DNA of 64,000 nt from Saprospiraceae bacterium. Lineage in GTDB: Bacteria; Bacteroidota; Bacteroidia; Chitinophagales; Saprospiraceae. Every line of letters begins with the position of its first letter. Position 1 is the stretch's first letter. The notes under the pieces are model-generated. The model saw only the letters and a list, made by a program, of their open reading frames with translations, had not been told where the DNA came from and made no database searches. The translations under genes and the position numbers were made by a program. Shown one piece after another: positions 62,250 to 64,000 of this stretch. Location of the stretch: NCBI GenBank assembly GCA_016715405.1, contig JADKAE010000004.1, forward strand, positions 119,693 to 183,692, written 5' to 3'.

Positions 62250-64000
62250 ATGCCCAAAGATCAGTCCATCCGTTCCGTCCTCATCATAGGTAGCGGACCC
62301 ATTATCATAGGACAAGCCTGCGAATTCGACTACTCGGGCAGCCAGGCTTCCCGATCGCTCCGCGAAGAAGGCATCGAGGTGACGCTCATCAACTCGAACC
62401 CCGCGACGATCATGACCGACCCGGTCACCGCCGATCATATCTATTTGCTGCCCCTCACCGTAGACAGCATTATCCAAATCCTCGAAGAGCGGCAGATTGA
62501 TGCAGTACTTCCCACGATGGGCGGACAAACTGCGCTCAACCTGGCTATCGAGGCCGACTCGCGTGGGGTATGGCAGAAATACGGCGTGCGAATGATCGGC
62601 GTGGATATCGCGGCTATCGAGCTGACCGAAAACCGCGAGGCGTTCCGCCAACATATGATCGATATAGGACTATTTGTGGCCCCTTCGCGTATCGCTAACT
62701 CGTTCCTGGAAGGCAAAGAAGCCGCCCAGGATATCGGCTACCCGCTCGTGATACGGCCATCGTATACGCTGGGCGGCACCGGCGGCAGCTTTGTGCACCA
62801 CGAAGATGAATTTGACGCCGCCCTGCGCCGCGGACTCGAGATGTCGCCTACCCACGAGGTATTGGTAGAAAAAGCGGTGTTGGGCTGGAAAGAATTCGAG
62901 CTCGAACTGCTGCGCGACGCCAGCGACAACGTGGTCATTATCTGCGTGGTCGAAAACCTCGACCCCATGGGCATCCATACCGGCGACAGCATCACGGTAG
63001 CCCCCGCCATGACGCTTAGCGACACCGCCTACCAGGAGATGCGCAACCAGGCCATAAAAGCCATGCGCTCACTGGGCAATTTTTCGGGGGGATGCAATAT
63101 CCAGTTTGCCCAAAACCCCGAAACCGAAGAACTCATCGTCATCGAGATCAACCCACGCGTATCGCGCTCGTCGGCGCTGGCCAGCAAGGCCACGGGCTAC
63201 CCCATCGCCAAAATAGCAGCCAAACTCGCTATCGGCTATCGCCTCGACGAACTTAATAATCAGATCACCAAAACTACCTCGGCTTTTTTCGAACCCACGC
63301 TCGACTACGTGATTGTGAAAATGCCGCGCTGGAGTTTTGAGAAATTTCCGGGCGCCGACCACCAACTCGGCCTGCAAATGAAATCGGTGGGCGAAGTGAT
63401 GGCCATCGGCCGCAATTTCCTGGAAGCCCTGCAAAAAGCCTGCCAGAGCCTCGAAAATAACCGCATGGGCCTCGGCGCCGATAAAAAAGAGTGGATCAGA
63501 ACCTCCGACGTGCTGGAGCGACTCGAAAAAGTAAGCGACGACCGCATCTTCCGCCTCAAAGACGCCCTGCGACTCGGCGTACCCGAAAAAACGGTGCAAA
63601 AACTCACCCATATCGACCCCTGGTTTATCAAGCAAATCAAGCAGTTGGTCAAAATGGAGCAACAACTGATGCGCTATAACGTAGCCGAGGATATCCCCGA
63701 AGATTTTTTCCGCGAACTCAAGGAGGTAGGCTATTCCGACGCCCAGATCGCCTGGCTGATGCGCATCAAAGAGGAAGAAGTTACCCGACAGCGCTTTCTC
63801 CTGGGCATCAAGCGCACCTATAAGATGGTGGATACCTGTGCGGCTGAATTTGAAGCAAAAACCCCCTATTTTTATTCTACTTTCGATAGCGAAAACGAAA
63901 GCATTCCCTCCGATCGCCGCAAGGTGGTCGTGCTGGGCTCGGGGCCTAATCGCATCGGACAGGGCATCGAATTCGACTATTGCTGCGTGCACGGCCTCCT
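62250..64000 (+). CDS. carB: carbamoyl-phosphate synthase large subunit, N-terminal 583 codons (3' end outside window)
   Basis: My own translation from ATG 62250 is open to the window end; the gene is absent from the ORF track. It reads MPKDQSIRSVLIIGSGPIIIGQACEFDYSGSQA..., IEINPRVSRSSALASKATGYPIA, ..VVVLGSGPNRIGQGIEFDYCCVH. No frame break in 1751 nt. Confidence 0.95.
   Translation, partial: MPKDQSIRSVLIIGSGPIIIGQACEFDYSGSQASRSLREEGIEVTLINSNPATIMTDPVTADHIYLLPLTVDSIIQILEERQIDAVLPTMGGQTALNLAIEADSRGVWQKYGVRMIGVDIAAIELTENREAFRQHMIDIGLFVAPSRIANSFLEGKEAAQDIGYPLVIRPSYTLGGTGGSFVHHEDEFDAALRRGLEMSPTHEVLVEKAVLGWKEFELELLRDASDNVVIICVVENLDPMGIHTGDSITVAPAMTLSDTAYQEMRNQAIKAMRSLGNFSGGCNIQFAQNPETEELIVIEINPRVSRSSALASKATGYPIAKIAAKLAIGYRLDELNNQITKTTSAFFEPTLDYVIVKMPRWSFEKFPGADHQLGLQMKSVGEVMAIGRNFLEALQKACQSLENNRMGLGADKKEWIRTSDVLERLEKVSDDRIFRLKDALRLGVPEKTVQKLTHIDPWFIKQIKQLVKMEQQLMRYNVAEDIPEDFFRELKEVGYSDAQIAWLMRIKEEEVTRQRFLLGIKRTYKMVDTCAAEFEAKTPYFYSTFDSENESIPSDRRKVVVLGSGPNRIGQGIEFDYCCVHGL

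Overview
64-kb chromosomal segment of a Bacteroidota genome, probably Saprospiria- or Cytophagia-like. This call rests on T9SS cargo with type A and type B C-terminal sorting domains, gldB, SprB repeats and TAnnTTTG -7 promoter boxes. GC looks mid-50s % by eye. There are about 50 protein genes. Housekeeping genes (hpt, gpmI, guaB, tsaB, tadA, nadC, coaBC, rpoZ, bamD, carB, an EF-G paralogue) are interleaved with large secreted proteases and adhesins, two ECF sigma modules, a VapC/DUF2281 toxin-antitoxin pair and an Rpn-type nuclease. I saw no rRNA, tRNA, CRISPR array or prophage. The consensus is error-rich. At least 30 single-base indels, mostly in homopolymer runs, split otherwise intact genes, and six homopolymer junk blocks occur. 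I therefore merged ORF fragments into single genes and do not claim real pseudogenes. Two edge-truncated genes (recX-like at 1-204, carB at 62250-64000) are missing from the ORF track. Most interesting: (1) a FixL-type haem-PAS histidine kinase sits next to a REC-Crp/Fnr fusion regulator, and two identical TGATAAAAATCA palindromes lie at identical spacing in front of the neighbouring USP and CBS transcription units; (2) a pervasive set of hairpins just after stop codons whose arms are themselves tandem 7-8-nt repeats, falling into several sequence families. All homology statements come from memory of protein families, not from searches.
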